Positions 1 to 10,170 of a stretch of 32,000 nt of DNA are shown piece after piece. The stretch lies in assembly GCF_000011465.1 (NCBI RefSeq), contig NC_005072.1:1140001-1172000 (forward strand), given 5' to 3'. The notes beneath the pieces were generated by a model. It was not told where the DNA came from and made no database searches. It saw nothing but the letters and a program-made list of their open reading frames with translations. A program made the position numbers and the translations under genes. Within the stretch, counting starts at the first letter, position 1. Every line of letters starts with the position of its first letter. Origin of the DNA: Prochlorococcus marinus subsp. pastoris str. CCMP1986 (GTDB taxonomy: Bacteria > Cyanobacteriota > Cyanobacteriia > PCC-6307 > Cyanobiaceae).

Positions 1-2
1 TA

Positions 3-788
3 GGGAATTTAAGTGATTTATCCTCAAGAGCAATAAATATTTTAAAAAATGTTTCTTTAATTGCATGCGAAGATACTAGACAAACAAAAAAAATAATGAA
101 CAAATTCGAATTCACAAATAATCTTATAAGCTTCAATAAGCATAATTCTTTAAAAAAAATCCCAAGAATAATTAATGATCTAAACTCAGGAAAATCGGTA
201 GCCTTAGTCAGTGATGCTGGGATGCCAAGTATTTGTGATCCTGGGGAGGATCTTGTTAAGAATGTTAGGTCGAATGGATCAAATATAATTTGTATCCCGG
301 GACCATGCGCAGCTCTTACTGCCCTTGTATCAAGTGGTTTGCCTTCTTCTAAATTTATATTTGAAGGTTTTCTTCCAAAAAAAAAGTCACAAAGAGAAAA
401 AATTCTTTTTGAAATCAGTAAAAATGAAAAGACTACAATTATTTATGAATCTCCTCATCGCCTAAAGAAATTACTGAATGAACTAAAAATTTATTGCGGT
501 GGCGAAAGAGAAATTCAAGTCTCCCGAGAACTAACAAAAAAGTTTGAAGAACATATTGGTAATGATATTAATAACGTAATAAAAACTTTTCAAGAAAAAG
601 AGGTAATAGGTGAGTTAACTATAGTTATTAAGGGAATCAAGAAAGAAAGCAACTTATTAATTAACAAATCAGATTTAAAAAAAGAGCTTAACGAATTAAT
701 TAAGGCCGGATTAAGCTTATCAGCCGCATCAAAATACTTAGCAAAAAAACATGGAATTAAAAAAAGCGAAACTTATAATTTGAATTAA
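3..788 (+). CDS. rsmI: 16S rRNA (cytidine1402-2'-O)-methyltransferase RsmI, 5'-truncated by window edge
   Basis: The listed ORF starts at an internal Met. The same frame is open to the window edge and reads GNLSDLSSRAINILKNVSLIACEDTRQTKKIMNKF..., the canonical RsmI N-terminal region, followed by SDAGMPSICDPGEDLV, IPGPCAALTALVSSGLP and FEGFLPKK motifs. Confidence 0.95.
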   Translation, partial: GNLSDLSSRAINILKNVSLIACEDTRQTKKIMNKFEFTNNLISFNKHNSLKKIPRIINDLNSGKSVALVSDAGMPSICDPGEDLVKNVRSNGSNIICIPGPCAALTALVSSGLPSSKFIFEGFLPKKKSQREKILFEISKNEKTTIIYESPHRLKKLLNELKIYCGGEREIQVSRELTKKFEEHIGNDINNVIKTFQEKEVIGELTIVIKGIKKESNLLINKSDLKKELNELIKAGLSLSAASKYLAKKHGIKKSETYNLN

Positions 789-809
789 TATTTATATAAA
801 TAAAAGAAT

Positions 810-1028
810 ATGCCTCTTCGATTAAAAAACTTAGTTTTCAACGTAACATTCAATTCTTGTTTGTTTTTAATATTAATAATTGGTATTCAAAATAGTTCAA
901 AGAAAAGTAGTATTAATTTGTTGATAGATGAAACAGTAAATTTACCAATTAGTTTTATTATTGGATCAAGTTTCATAAGCGGATCTATTATTGGAAGTAT
1001 CCTAAGTTCAAATTCCGGTAATAAATAA
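810..1028 (+). CDS. small two-TM membrane protein, LapA/DUF1049-like
   Basis: 72 aa with two hydrophobic segments separated by a short polar stretch (NSSKKSSINLLIDETVNLPISFIIGSSFISGSIIGSIL), resembling the LapA-domain layout; just downstream of rsmI. Confidence 0.5.
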   Translation: MPLRLKNLVFNVTFNSCLFLILIIGIQNSSKKSSINLLIDETVNLPISFIIGSSFISGSIIGSILSSNSGNK

Positions 1029-1031
1029 TAA

Positions 1032-1688
1032 TTAAAGCGCTATTAATTTTTCAGAACTTACAATCCTTGAAATTCCGCGAGATCGCAAAATAGGTGCAAC
1101 TATTCTGAAAACATCTGTATTTGGAACCTTAATTACTTTTTGTTCCTTATTACAAAATCTCTTTGCAATTTTTAAATCAAAAAATATTGAAATAGTTTTT
1201 CTATTTAAATCATCAATTGGAAGAAAACTCCATTCTGGATAATCTTTTAATAGTTTTATTTCTAACTCAATTTTTTTATCAACTATCATATAAACCAAAT
1301 CTGGTAATTTAATTTCTGAAATTGACACTGATGATAAATCTTTTTGTTTTTCAGGCAGTTCATCAAGTAAAGGAGGAACCTCACAGAAAGATTGTACGAA
1401 AAAGCTCTCATTAGCACTATAGGTATCAATATCTTTCTTATTTTCTTCCTCACTAAAAGAATCTGTTTTTCTGAAATTAGTTCCACCTATAGTTTTTTTT
1501 GTTTGACTAGAAAAGGATATTTTTTTTTTAAATTTCTTAAAATCAATTTCTCCAAAAATTATCTTTAACTGTCTTGTTATTGTTTGTTGTGAAAATTGAA
1601 AACTTTTAGATATTTCCTGAATTGAATTGCCTTGAATAAATAAATCTTTTATTTGTTTTTTTTGTAGTTCAGAAACTTTCTTGGACAC
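1032..1688 (-). CDS. hypothetical protein with N-terminal resolvase/HTH-like motif
   Basis: 218 aa long ORF; N-term 'QKKQIKDLFIQGNSIQEISKSFQFSQQTITRQLK' looks like a helix-turn-helix; remainder unrecognised. Confidence 0.7.
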   Translation of the reverse strand: MSKKVSELQKKQIKDLFIQGNSIQEISKSFQFSQQTITRQLKIIFGEIDFKKFKKKISFSSQTKKTIGGTNFRKTDSFSEEENKKDIDTYSANESFFVQSFCEVPPLLDELPEKQKDLSSVSISEIKLPDLVYMIVDKKIELEIKLLKDYPEWSFLPIDDLNRKTISIFFDLKIAKRFCNKEQKVIKVPNTDVFRIVAPILRSRGISRIVSSEKLIAL

Positions 1689-1785
1689 AAAATTTAATAT
1701 GGATTAATTTTTATTTTACTATATAAAATTATGCTAAATTTAAAAAAAAATCAACTCAGACTTAAAAGTGAAATAGTTTAAAAAT

Positions 1786-3243
1786 ATGATAAATAATTTA
1801 AAATCAGATTTAAAATTGCAGCCTGTAATTTTATCAGGAGGAAAGGGTTCAAGACTTTGGCCTTTATCTAGAGAATGTTATCCAAAACAATATTTAGAAT
1901 TATATGAGGGAAATAAGTTTTCGTTATTGCAGAATACTTTTTTAAGACTAAATCTCTTAGATAACTTAGAGCCTCCAATAATAATTTGTAATGAATCACA
2001 AAGATTTCTTGTGGCGGAACAAATGTTAAAGATAAATGTAGTGCCAAAGTCCATAATTATTGAGCCCGTAGGTAAAAATACAGGGCCCGCAGTAGCCCTA
2101 GCGGCAATTGCTGCAAATAAAAAAGGACAAGATCCAGCTCTTCTTATCCTTTCTTCGGATCATGTGATTAATGATTCGAAAGAGTTTACAGCAACCATAA
2201 TTGAAGGACTAATACATGCAAAGCAAGGAAAAATTGTCTCTTTTGGAGTAGTTCCAACATATCCAGAAACTGGTTATGGATATATTGAATCACTTGAAGA
2301 ACTAACCAATTTTAAGAAATCAAGTTCTATAAAAAGATTTATAGAAAAACCTGAAGAAGATAGGGCTAAACAATTTATTCAAAGCAATCTATTTACTTGG
2401 AATAGTGGGATTTTCCTATTTAAAGCATCAACTATTATTCAAGAATTCAATAGATTCGCTCCTGAAATTATTCATATTTGTAAGAAATCTATTGTTAGTG
2501 CAGTAAGTGATCTTGATTTTCTTAGATTAAACAATGAAATTTTTCAAAAATGTCCAAATGTTCCAATCGATATCGCAATAATGGAAAAAACAGATAAAGG
2601 TACTGTAGTTAGGCTAAATGCTGGATGGAGTGATATTGGAAATTGGGAATCTGTTTGGGATAATTCGACTAAAGACAATGAAAGAAACTCCACTAAAGGT
2701 AATGTTCTACTGATGGAATCTCATGGATGCTATTTAAGGAGTGAAAAAAGACTCCTTGTAGGTCTAGGACTAAAAGATCTTATAGTAATTGAAACTGATG
2801 ATGCCGTACTTGTAATTAATAAAAGCTCAGCTCAAAAAGTTAAGCATATAGTAGAGGATTTAGAGAAAAAAAATATTTCAGAAGGAAAAGTCAATAAAAA
2901 AATATACAGGCCATGGGGAAGTTATACTTCAATTTCTAATGGAATTACTTGGCAAGTAAAAAAATTAGAGGTAAATCCAGGTGCGAGTCTATCTTTACAG
3001 ATGCATTTTCACAGAACTGAGCATTGGATAATTGTTGATGGCACTGCAAAAGTTGAAATTAATAATCACGAAACGATCTTAAATCAAAACGAAAGTATAT
3101 ATGTTCCTATTCAGGCGAAACATCGATTATCTAATCCAGGAAACGAGAACTTAATAATAATAGAAGTACAAAATGGTAAATATCTTGGGGAGGACGATAT
3201 TGTAAGGTTCGAAGATATCTATGGAAGAAAAAAAGATCTTTAG
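1786..3243 (+). CDS. manC: mannose-1-phosphate guanylyltransferase / mannose-6-phosphate isomerase (bifunctional)
   Basis: N-term 'LQPVILSGGKGSRLWPLSRECYPKQYL', 'IEKPEEDRAKQF', 'WNSGIFLF' and C-terminal cupin 'RPWGSYTSI...SLQMHFHRTEHWIIVDGTAKV'. Confidence 0.95.
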   Translation: MINNLKSDLKLQPVILSGGKGSRLWPLSRECYPKQYLELYEGNKFSLLQNTFLRLNLLDNLEPPIIICNESQRFLVAEQMLKINVVPKSIIIEPVGKNTGPAVALAAIAANKKGQDPALLILSSDHVINDSKEFTATIIEGLIHAKQGKIVSFGVVPTYPETGYGYIESLEELTNFKKSSSIKRFIEKPEEDRAKQFIQSNLFTWNSGIFLFKASTIIQEFNRFAPEIIHICKKSIVSAVSDLDFLRLNNEIFQKCPNVPIDIAIMEKTDKGTVVRLNAGWSDIGNWESVWDNSTKDNERNSTKGNVLLMESHGCYLRSEKRLLVGLGLKDLIVIETDDAVLVINKSSAQKVKHIVEDLEKKNISEGKVNKKIYRPWGSYTSISNGITWQVKKLEVNPGASLSLQMHFHRTEHWIIVDGTAKVEINNHETILNQNESIYVPIQAKHRLSNPGNENLIIIEVQNGKYLGEDDIVRFEDIYGRKKDL

Positions 3244-3409
3244 AAAATCTTTATTTTGGCACTAATATAATTTTTGAAATAACAAATTTAAAACAATCTT
3301 GTTTGTATTCATTTTTATCAGTAAACTCTTAAGGTGGAGTTAAAAAATTAAAAACAAAATTCCTTCAAAATAATGATTATTCTGAATATTTTTTTTCAGG
3401 ATTTTTATT

Positions 3410-3483
<74 letters not shown>

Positions 3484-3507
3484 TAAATCAAAATTAATTT
3501 ATACATC

Positions 3508-3527
3508 TGATCATTAGATTATGATCA
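3508..3527 (+). terminator. candidate hairpin downstream of tRNA-Arg
   Basis: Perfect 7-bp inverted repeat TGATCAT-TAGATT-ATGATCA followed by A/T-rich ATTAAAAATTTCTTTTT; GC-poor, so a weak terminator prediction. Confidence 0.3.
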
Positions 3528-3638
3528 ATTAAAAATTTCTTTTTGAAATTATAACTTTTAACCAATTTATAAATCGACATAAAATGTGAACTATTATATT
3601 AACATTAACTAACATTAATATATCTTCCAAGAAATTTT

Positions 3639-5000
3639 GTGAATTTTAATTTTATTCCGAGAATAGAATTCAAAGAGCTTTTTGTTAAATCTAATAAAAA
3701 TTTAAATGGTATTAATTATTTTAGAATTGGAGTCTTCTTATTACCAAGTGCCTTTAGTGTATCATCTATATTTCTAATAATTGCTTTAATCATTAATACT
3801 AAGAGCGAAAAGATTAATTATTTTAAAGACTACTTCAATTACCCTTTGTTCCTCTCAGGGATATTAATTTTAATAACTGCAATATCAAATTATTTATCAA
3901 ATTCTCAAATTGCAGATATGAGATTTGAGAATAGAATCCAATTTTTACTTGATATTGCAAATTGGATTCCTTTTTTTTATGTATTCTCATCATTTGGAAA
4001 TTATCTCTCAAATACAAAACTAAGGAAAGAATTTTCAATTTTACTTATTTCGGGTTCTCTCCCAATTTTTGTAAGTGGTTTTTACCAGTTTTTTTTATTT
4101 AAATTTAATATGCCTTTTTCACTTTCTGGGCCTTATAAGTTATTTAATGGATTAATTACTTGGTATCAGTATGTGATCCAACCTACAGGAGAATTAGGAG
4201 TAACAAGTATCTTTAATAATCCAAATTACCTTGGATGTTGGCTTTTAATTTTGTTACCATTTTCAATGTTTTTATCAATTCAAAAATACGAAAAAAGATA
4301 TCAAAAAATTTTTGCATTAAGTTTTTTAATATCGATAGTTATTCTGATAGCACTCTCTAAATCCAGAGCAGCTTTAGGCCTATTAGCATTATCTATACCA
4401 GCAACATTTGAATTGAATTTATTAATAACAACATTATTTTTAATATTTTATTTAAGTACGAATTTATTAATAATATTTTTTGCAAATACAGATTATCAAT
4501 CATCAATAAAACAACTAATACCTGAACAAATAATTAATGATTTTTCTCAAAGTAAACTTTTGGGAAATCCATCTAGAGAATTAAGATCTGATATTTGGTC
4601 GAGTGCAATAAATTTTATAAAGTTAAAGCCATTATTTGGTATAGGTGCAGGACTATTCCCATTAGTTTATATTTCTAGGAATGAATTAACTGAAGAAGTG
4701 AACAACTGGGTTGGTCATACTCACAATTTATTTTTGGAGTTAGCATTTAATTATGGCTTAATTTTAGCTTCTGTTATCAGCTTCTTTATACTTTTTCTAA
4801 TTATCAAAAGTTTTTTTGTAATCCGATTTAATAAATTAAAAGCTTGTAATAGTATTAATAATTTCAATAGGGCATGGTGGGCAGCGACGATATTATTAGT
4901 TTCATCTCAACTTGTAGATGTTCAATACTACGATGGAAGAATTTCTATTGTATTTTGGATACTATTATCAGGATTAAGGGCAATTATAAAAGAGGGTTAA
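3639..5000 (+). CDS. O-antigen ligase / polymerase (Wzy/WaaL)-like polytopic membrane protein
   Basis: ~12 hydrophobic segments; the C-terminal half has the Wzy_C-type signature 'SSAINFIKLKPLFGIGAGLFPLVY...WVGHTHNLFLELAFNYGL'. GTG start. Confidence 0.85.
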   Translation: MNFNFIPRIEFKELFVKSNKNLNGINYFRIGVFLLPSAFSVSSIFLIIALIINTKSEKINYFKDYFNYPLFLSGILILITAISNYLSNSQIADMRFENRIQFLLDIANWIPFFYVFSSFGNYLSNTKLRKEFSILLISGSLPIFVSGFYQFFLFKFNMPFSLSGPYKLFNGLITWYQYVIQPTGELGVTSIFNNPNYLGCWLLILLPFSMFLSIQKYEKRYQKIFALSFLISIVILIALSKSRAALGLLALSIPATFELNLLITTLFLIFYLSTNLLIIFFANTDYQSSIKQLIPEQIINDFSQSKLLGNPSRELRSDIWSSAINFIKLKPLFGIGAGLFPLVYISRNELTEEVNNWVGHTHNLFLELAFNYGLILASVISFFILFLIIKSFFVIRFNKLKACNSINNFNRAWWAATILLVSSQLVDVQYYDGRISIVFWILLSGLRAIIKEG

Positions 5001-5323
5001 TAGAGTAATAGTTAAATTAAGAAAGACATTTATATTAATTATTTTTCTTGAATTTAAATGCCAAAGGGTGTCTATCTCTAGATGAATTTATTGGTCTTGG
5101 AAGTGGAAGTTTAAAACTAAAATTTTGATTTTGATTTTTTCTATTTCATTAATTTTATAGAAAACCTTCTTAGTCTTTAAAATTCATATTCAAAACTTTT
5201 TGTCTTCTAATTTTTATAGGCAAATCTTCTAACCAGAATTTTTCATTCTACTTTAGTTATTTTTAATGTTCTGAATGCTTTTTGAAGAAAATTATAAATT
5301 CCAAAAATTTCTGGTAAAAATTT

Positions 5324-6697
5324 TTAAGAAGAAATACTTTTTGAAGATAAAGCTTTTGGATCTTTTTTAAGCAACTTAACAATCTCTATTAACATTAATA
5401 TTGAAAATAAAATATAAGGTAGAGATCCCAGTCCCCTTAAATAATTGGGTAAACCGTGAAACATATGACATGAAAGTGCATAAAAAGTTTGATAGAAATT
5501 CAAAAAACAAATCCACATTAAAAAAGAAATAAATAATCTTCCATTTTTCATTAATTTTTTATCGTAAATATATCTAATCATCATTGGCGAAACAGCGAAG
5601 AAGAAAAGAAAGAATTGCGGATGTCCTACTTTATAAAAAGTAAACGCAAATGCCAAAGTTAATATAACTGCTGGTAAAAGATCGATCTTATTTTTATATA
5701 TGAAAAATAGTACGATAAGTAATACTAAACCCATAGCGAATAAACTATATTCATCAAGATTAATTCCTACAATTCTTCTGAAGAAATTAAAGAAAGAGAG
5801 ATGCTTAGAATGCCTGTCGGCCGCATATAATATTGGGTTTAGGGTTGAATTACCCCAAATAATTATTGAAGTGAATAATATACTAATTATTGATAAAAAA
5901 TACGAAGTAAAAAAATTAACATCAATTCTTTTTTTCCTTAGGATAAATAATGGAGCAATGAAGACTGGGTAGACTTTTATCATCGTTGCTAAAGCAAGAG
6001 ATATACCAGACAGCAAGCTATTTTGTTTTGTATTGTTGGATAAAGATAGATATAACGATAAAACTATTAAACCAGCCACTGGGGTATCATTAAGTCCATA
6101 ATATGCAATGGTTAGTAGACAAAATGGTGAAAAAGCAAATACTGAAAATATTCTTATTTTTGAAAAAGTATCTAATTCTCTTTTAAAATTTAAGGGAGAT
6201 ATTGAAGATAAATACATTGGAATTGCAAATATACAAACGAATACAAATTTTGGTAAGGAATTGTTTATAACTGCTAATGGGGCAAAAATATTATGGATTG
6301 GTAAGTAAGCATTATCTGTTCCAATCCAAGGATCCAATCCTTGATTAATAATTGCCCAATGATTTAAATAAGCTTTATAGTCCATGACTCCATTCCTACT
6401 AGCTATAAATATCAGTCCTATCGAAACTAAACAATAAAAAGCAGTTAATTTTATTGATTTATATTCATTTTTTATATTAATAAACGTTCCATCAATTTTT
6501 TCATTGCTTAAAATTTTTAAAATAGCAGCTTTTAGTAAATATGAAGAGAAAATTGCAGATATTAAAGCCTGGGAAAAAATAATAAAAGTATTAATATCAT
6601 AATTAAACATATAGTATAGTTTGCAAACTAATGCTGCCTGAAAAATAATTACTGGCGTTGAAAAGATAAAAAAAAAGAGGTATCTATTAATTTTCAT
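5324..6697 (-). CDS. polytopic GT-C-type glycosyltransferase-like membrane protein (copy 1)
   Basis: 457 aa, many TM segments; 'YKAYLNHWAIINQGLDPWIGTDNAYLPIHNIFAPLA', 'ATMIKVYPVFIAPLFILRKKR' resemble GT87/DUF2029-like mannosyltransferase loops. Close paralog at 14292..15683. Confidence 0.7.
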   Translation of the reverse strand: MKINRYLFFFIFSTPVIIFQAALVCKLYYMFNYDINTFIIFSQALISAIFSSYLLKAAILKILSNEKIDGTFINIKNEYKSIKLTAFYCLVSIGLIFIASRNGVMDYKAYLNHWAIINQGLDPWIGTDNAYLPIHNIFAPLAVINNSLPKFVFVCIFAIPMYLSSISPLNFKRELDTFSKIRIFSVFAFSPFCLLTIAYYGLNDTPVAGLIVLSLYLSLSNNTKQNSLLSGISLALATMIKVYPVFIAPLFILRKKRIDVNFFTSYFLSIISILFTSIIIWGNSTLNPILYAADRHSKHLSFFNFFRRIVGINLDEYSLFAMGLVLLIVLFFIYKNKIDLLPAVILTLAFAFTFYKVGHPQFFLFFFAVSPMMIRYIYDKKLMKNGRLFISFLMWICFLNFYQTFYALSCHMFHGLPNYLRGLGSLPYILFSILMLIEIVKLLKKDPKALSSKSISS

Positions 6698-6829
6698 TTT
6701 TAGATAGAGTTATTGTTGAATTTATCATTTAATTTAAAAATCAATTCTTATATGTTTTACAATTGATATACATTAAATTTATTATAAAATATCTCTTAAT
6801 AAGAATTACTTCAAGTTATTAGTAATTAT

Positions 6830-7942
6830 TCAAGTTTTTTTCCACACAAATTTAGTAGATGCTGTGTAATTCCATATAAAACAAATAGCTATTCCAAATA
6901 TTTGTGCCCAAAATACATTTCCCAAAATATACGTATAAAAAGCTGTTGATAGCGCAAAATTCGTAATTAATGGTATGGATGTGATGAGAAGAAATCTTAT
7001 TAATCCAATTAATAGTAAATTCCCACTTAATTTATTTGATCTAAATGTTAAAGAGTTATTAATCAAAAAGTTTGATGTTGCAGAAACTAATATTGAAAAT
7101 AAAATAACTTGTTCAAAGTCTAAGTTCGTAATACTCATTAAAAAGTAAGTAATAGATAATTGAATAATTATTCCACTGATGCCTATGAGCCCAAAACTTA
7201 TAGCTCGGCGAGGAAGTAATTTAAAACTTAAATTATGCAATATTGAAATTACAAAATTCCATAAAATTGGCAATTCGATTATAGTTTTATCGTTTAAATT
7301 GGCATCTACGATAAGAGGTATTTCTCCAATTGATAGATTTCCTTTACTCATTGCAAGAAATTCAAAAATAAAATTAAATCCATCAATTTCAATCTTATTA
7401 ATTAATCTTTTACATACAGTCTTTCTTAATACAAAGAAACCTGTCATGCAGTCTGTAATGTGTGAATATTTGTTAGAAAGACAATACTTTCCAAGTTTGT
7501 TGGTAATTTTAGAAATTTTTTTTCTTTTCTTGTTCAGGCCTTTTATTTCAGAACTATAGTTAAATCGACTGCCTAATACTAAATCTAGATTATTTTCGAT
7601 TAACTTATCAAAGGCGGTTATCAGTGAATTTGGGTCATATTGACAATCGTCTTCTATTACAGCTATAAATTCTGATGATGATTCAATTATTAATTTCTTT
7701 ATTGAATTTGAAACTTCTGATTTTTTTACTTTATTAATTAGTTTGATTTTTTTATTCTTGAGAGATGAATTTCCTTCTATTCCTGCAAATTCAGTATCAA
7801 GGCTCAAAATAATAATCTCAATATCAAAAAGCTTTTTAAAATTATTTATCTTATTAAGCAAGATATATAAATTCTCGAATTTTTCGTTTTTTATAAGCAG
7901 GATAGTTATATTCGGTTTATCTTTTTTTTTAGTTGATCGCAT
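6830..7942 (-). CDS. GT2 (polyprenyl/dolichyl-phosphate sugar synthase-like) fused to C-terminal GtrA-like membrane domain
   Basis: N-term GT-A-like 'SSEFIAVIEDDCQYDPNSLITAFDKL...LVLGSRF...DCMTGFFVLRK'; C-term four-TM GtrA-like segment 'ISFGLIGISGIIIQLSITYFL...FLINNSLTFRS...FIWNYTASTKFVW'. Confidence 0.8.
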   Translation of the reverse strand: MRSTKKKDKPNITILLIKNEKFENLYILLNKINNFKKLFDIEIIILSLDTEFAGIEGNSSLKNKKIKLINKVKKSEVSNSIKKLIIESSSEFIAVIEDDCQYDPNSLITAFDKLIENNLDLVLGSRFNYSSEIKGLNKKRKKISKITNKLGKYCLSNKYSHITDCMTGFFVLRKTVCKRLINKIEIDGFNFIFEFLAMSKGNLSIGEIPLIVDANLNDKTIIELPILWNFVISILHNLSFKLLPRRAISFGLIGISGIIIQLSITYFLMSITNLDFEQVILFSILVSATSNFLINNSLTFRSNKLSGNLLLIGLIRFLLITSIPLITNFALSTAFYTYILGNVFWAQIFGIAICFIWNYTASTKFVWKKT

Positions 7943-8063
7943 GATATAAGTAACATATAAATAAGATCAAAGCTTTTAATAATTAAAATTTAACTATTAA
8001 TTATATTTAAATTAACTTCAAAATCTTAATTTAAAAACTTTTTTATACTTAAGAATAAATAAT

Positions 8064-9017
8064 TTATCTTATCTGATTAGAGGGCACATTATTTCTTTCC
8101 CTCTCAATAACCAAAGGCAATTTTAATGATCTTTGATTAATAAAACCAATATATTCTCCTATAATTCCTAAAGCGAATAATATAGTCCCTGCAAATAATA
8201 AGTTTGTAACAGAGATCATTGCAATACCAAAGGCAAATTTGGTCCAAAAAAGTACTTTCGTTATTATGACTATTAAAGAAAATATTATTGCTAAGCAGCC
8301 AAGGGTTAACCCAAGAAAAGTTATTAATCTCATGGGTTTTCTTGAAGAAGTAACAATTCCCAGAACTCCAAAGTCGATTAGAAATGATAAAGAAGCAGAA
8401 CTTTTCCCTGATTTTCTATCTGCACTGACATAGCTGATTGTTGACCATTTAAAACCTGTCGCACATACTAAACCTTTTACAAAAGGATAAGAATCAATAG
8501 AATCCCTTAAACTTTTAATCACTTTTCTATCGTAGATTCCGTAGCCCGTAGTATTCCTGACCATTTTTTGATCGGATAATTTTGATAAAACATAGTAATA
8601 TAATTTTTTTGTAAGAAAAAGAATTTTATTTTCCCTACTTGTTCTTCTGACAGCAAAAATTACTAAATTTTCTGTTTCTTCCCATTGTTTTATTAACTCA
8701 GGAATTAGTTCAGGCGGATCTTGAAGATCAGACATCAAGAAGATGTTTGCATCAGCGTCTGGAGCCAAAAGAACATTTGCTGATGATCTCACAAAACCAA
8801 AGTTTGATACGTTTAAAATATATCCTATCCTTTCATCTTTCTTCATTAATTCTTTAATGAAATCCAATGATGAGTCTTTCGAACAGTTATCTGCAAAAAT
8901 TATTGAGAAATTATATCCTTTAATATCTTCTAGGACTTTATCAATACGATAATAAAGCTCATCTAAGTTTTTTCTTTCGTTGAAGCATGGAATGCATATA
9001 GCAATTGATCTTTTCAA
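8064..9017 (-). CDS. GtrB/ArnC-like undecaprenyl-phosphate glycosyltransferase (GT2 with two C-terminal TM helices)
   Basis: 'SIAICIPCFNERKNLDELYYRIDKVL', 'FADNCSKDSS', 'NVSNFGFVRSSANVL', 'LMSDLQDPPELIPELIKQWE', 'GYGIYDRKV', C-terminal TM pair and 'GIIGEYIGFINQRSLKLPLVIERER'. Confidence 0.9.
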   Translation of the reverse strand: MKRSIAICIPCFNERKNLDELYYRIDKVLEDIKGYNFSIIFADNCSKDSSLDFIKELMKKDERIGYILNVSNFGFVRSSANVLLAPDADANIFLMSDLQDPPELIPELIKQWEETENLVIFAVRRTSRENKILFLTKKLYYYVLSKLSDQKMVRNTTGYGIYDRKVIKSLRDSIDSYPFVKGLVCATGFKWSTISYVSADRKSGKSSASLSFLIDFGVLGIVTSSRKPMRLITFLGLTLGCLAIIFSLIVIITKVLFWTKFAFGIAMISVTNLLFAGTILFALGIIGEYIGFINQRSLKLPLVIERERNNVPSNQIR

Positions 9018-9094
9018 AATTGAAATTTCAAATTAATATTCAAGCATTATATTATTAAATGAAGTTAAAAAAGAATAAATAAGCTCTTATTTAA

Positions 9095-10144
9095 TTAAAT
9101 TAGTGTTGATGTCCAACTAATCATATCCTTAATACCTTTTTTGTAATTTATTTTAGGTTCCCAACCAAGTTTAATCTTAGCTTTTTTAATTGATGCGACA
9201 AAGAAATCTTGATCACTTTGTCTTCTTGGCAATTTATTATAAGAAAGTTGCTCTATATCTAATAGCTCAGACAACAAATTAAATAATTCTAATAAACTTA
9301 ATGAATTTTCTAAACCACCGCCGATATTAAATATTTCACCATTTAATTTTTCTTTTGCAAAAAATGCCTTTTCATATAGATTTACAAGATCATCCGCATG
9401 AAGAACATCTCTAACTTGTTTACCAGAGCCAGAAATTGTAAATGGTAATAACTTTTGATTAGATTTTTGCTGTTTTTTTTGTTCTATTGCTTTTTTGCAG
9501 AACCAACCTATCCATCCTTGATCTTTAGAGGCATACTGTCTCCCTCCATAAATAGAAGAATGTCTAAATACAACAGTTTTTAATCCATATATCCTTGCCC
9601 AATCTCGAACATATTGATCAGCAGAGCCTTTTGAACAGCCGTATGGAGTTGAAAAATCAAGAGGGAGATTTTCATTGAAACCCTCTGGATATTCTGAAAC
9701 ACTAAATCTAGTACTCATTTCTTTGTAATTCAACCATCCTAAATCTCCATAAACTTTATTTGTGCTGCTATAGGCTAATAAAGAATGAGGTGAATATTTG
9801 CGCATTGCCTCAAGAACATTAAATGTTCCTATTAGGTTGGTTTCTAAGTCAGTTCTTGGATCTTTAAGAGAGGTTGTCATTGCTACTTGACCAGCAACGT
9901 GACAAATATAATCAAATGGTCCATTAACCTCAAAAATATTTTCTAATTTATTTTTGTTTTTTATATCAATTTGGAAATTTTTTAAATTTTTATGATTTGT
10001 AGAGTTTTTGAGCCAACTTAAATTGATATCTGAGCCTCTTCTAACTAATGAGTCTATAATAAAAACTTCATAGTTCTTTTTAAGAAAGAAATTGGATAAA
10101 TTACTTCCTAGAAATCCACAACCACCTGTAATTAAAATCTTCAT
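9095..10144 (-). CDS. rfbE: NAD-dependent epimerase, CDP-paratose 2-epimerase (tyvelose epimerase)-like
   Basis: 'MKILITGGCGFLGSNLSNFFLKKNYEVFIIDSLVRRGSDINLSWL', 'YSSTNKVYGDL', 'LDFSTPYGCSKGSADQYVRDWARIYGLKTVVFRHSSIYGGRQYASKDQGWIGWF', 'GSGKQVRDVLHADDLVNLY'. Confidence 0.85.
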   Translation of the reverse strand: MKILITGGCGFLGSNLSNFFLKKNYEVFIIDSLVRRGSDINLSWLKNSTNHKNLKNFQIDIKNKNKLENIFEVNGPFDYICHVAGQVAMTTSLKDPRTDLETNLIGTFNVLEAMRKYSPHSLLAYSSTNKVYGDLGWLNYKEMSTRFSVSEYPEGFNENLPLDFSTPYGCSKGSADQYVRDWARIYGLKTVVFRHSSIYGGRQYASKDQGWIGWFCKKAIEQKKQQKSNQKLLPFTISGSGKQVRDVLHADDLVNLYEKAFFAKEKLNGEIFNIGGGLENSLSLLELFNLLSELLDIEQLSYNKLPRRQSDQDFFVASIKKAKIKLGWEPKINYKKGIKDMISWTSTLI

Positions 10145-10170
10145 CCAAGCAATTTTAACATATTAATAAT

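Noticed and set aside
1286-1486. Antisense ORF (-) inside the 1032..1688 gene
   Set aside because: Same-strand alternative frame of a longer ORF, no recognisable motif, typical of AT-rich spurious ORFs.
7179-7559. 126-aa ORF (+) opposite the GT2-GtrA gene, and smaller plus-strand ORFs at 5700, 6108, 7743, 8239, 8743
   Set aside because: All lie antisense within strongly recognisable glycosyltransferase/membrane genes; composition mirrors the sense protein, with no independent motifs.
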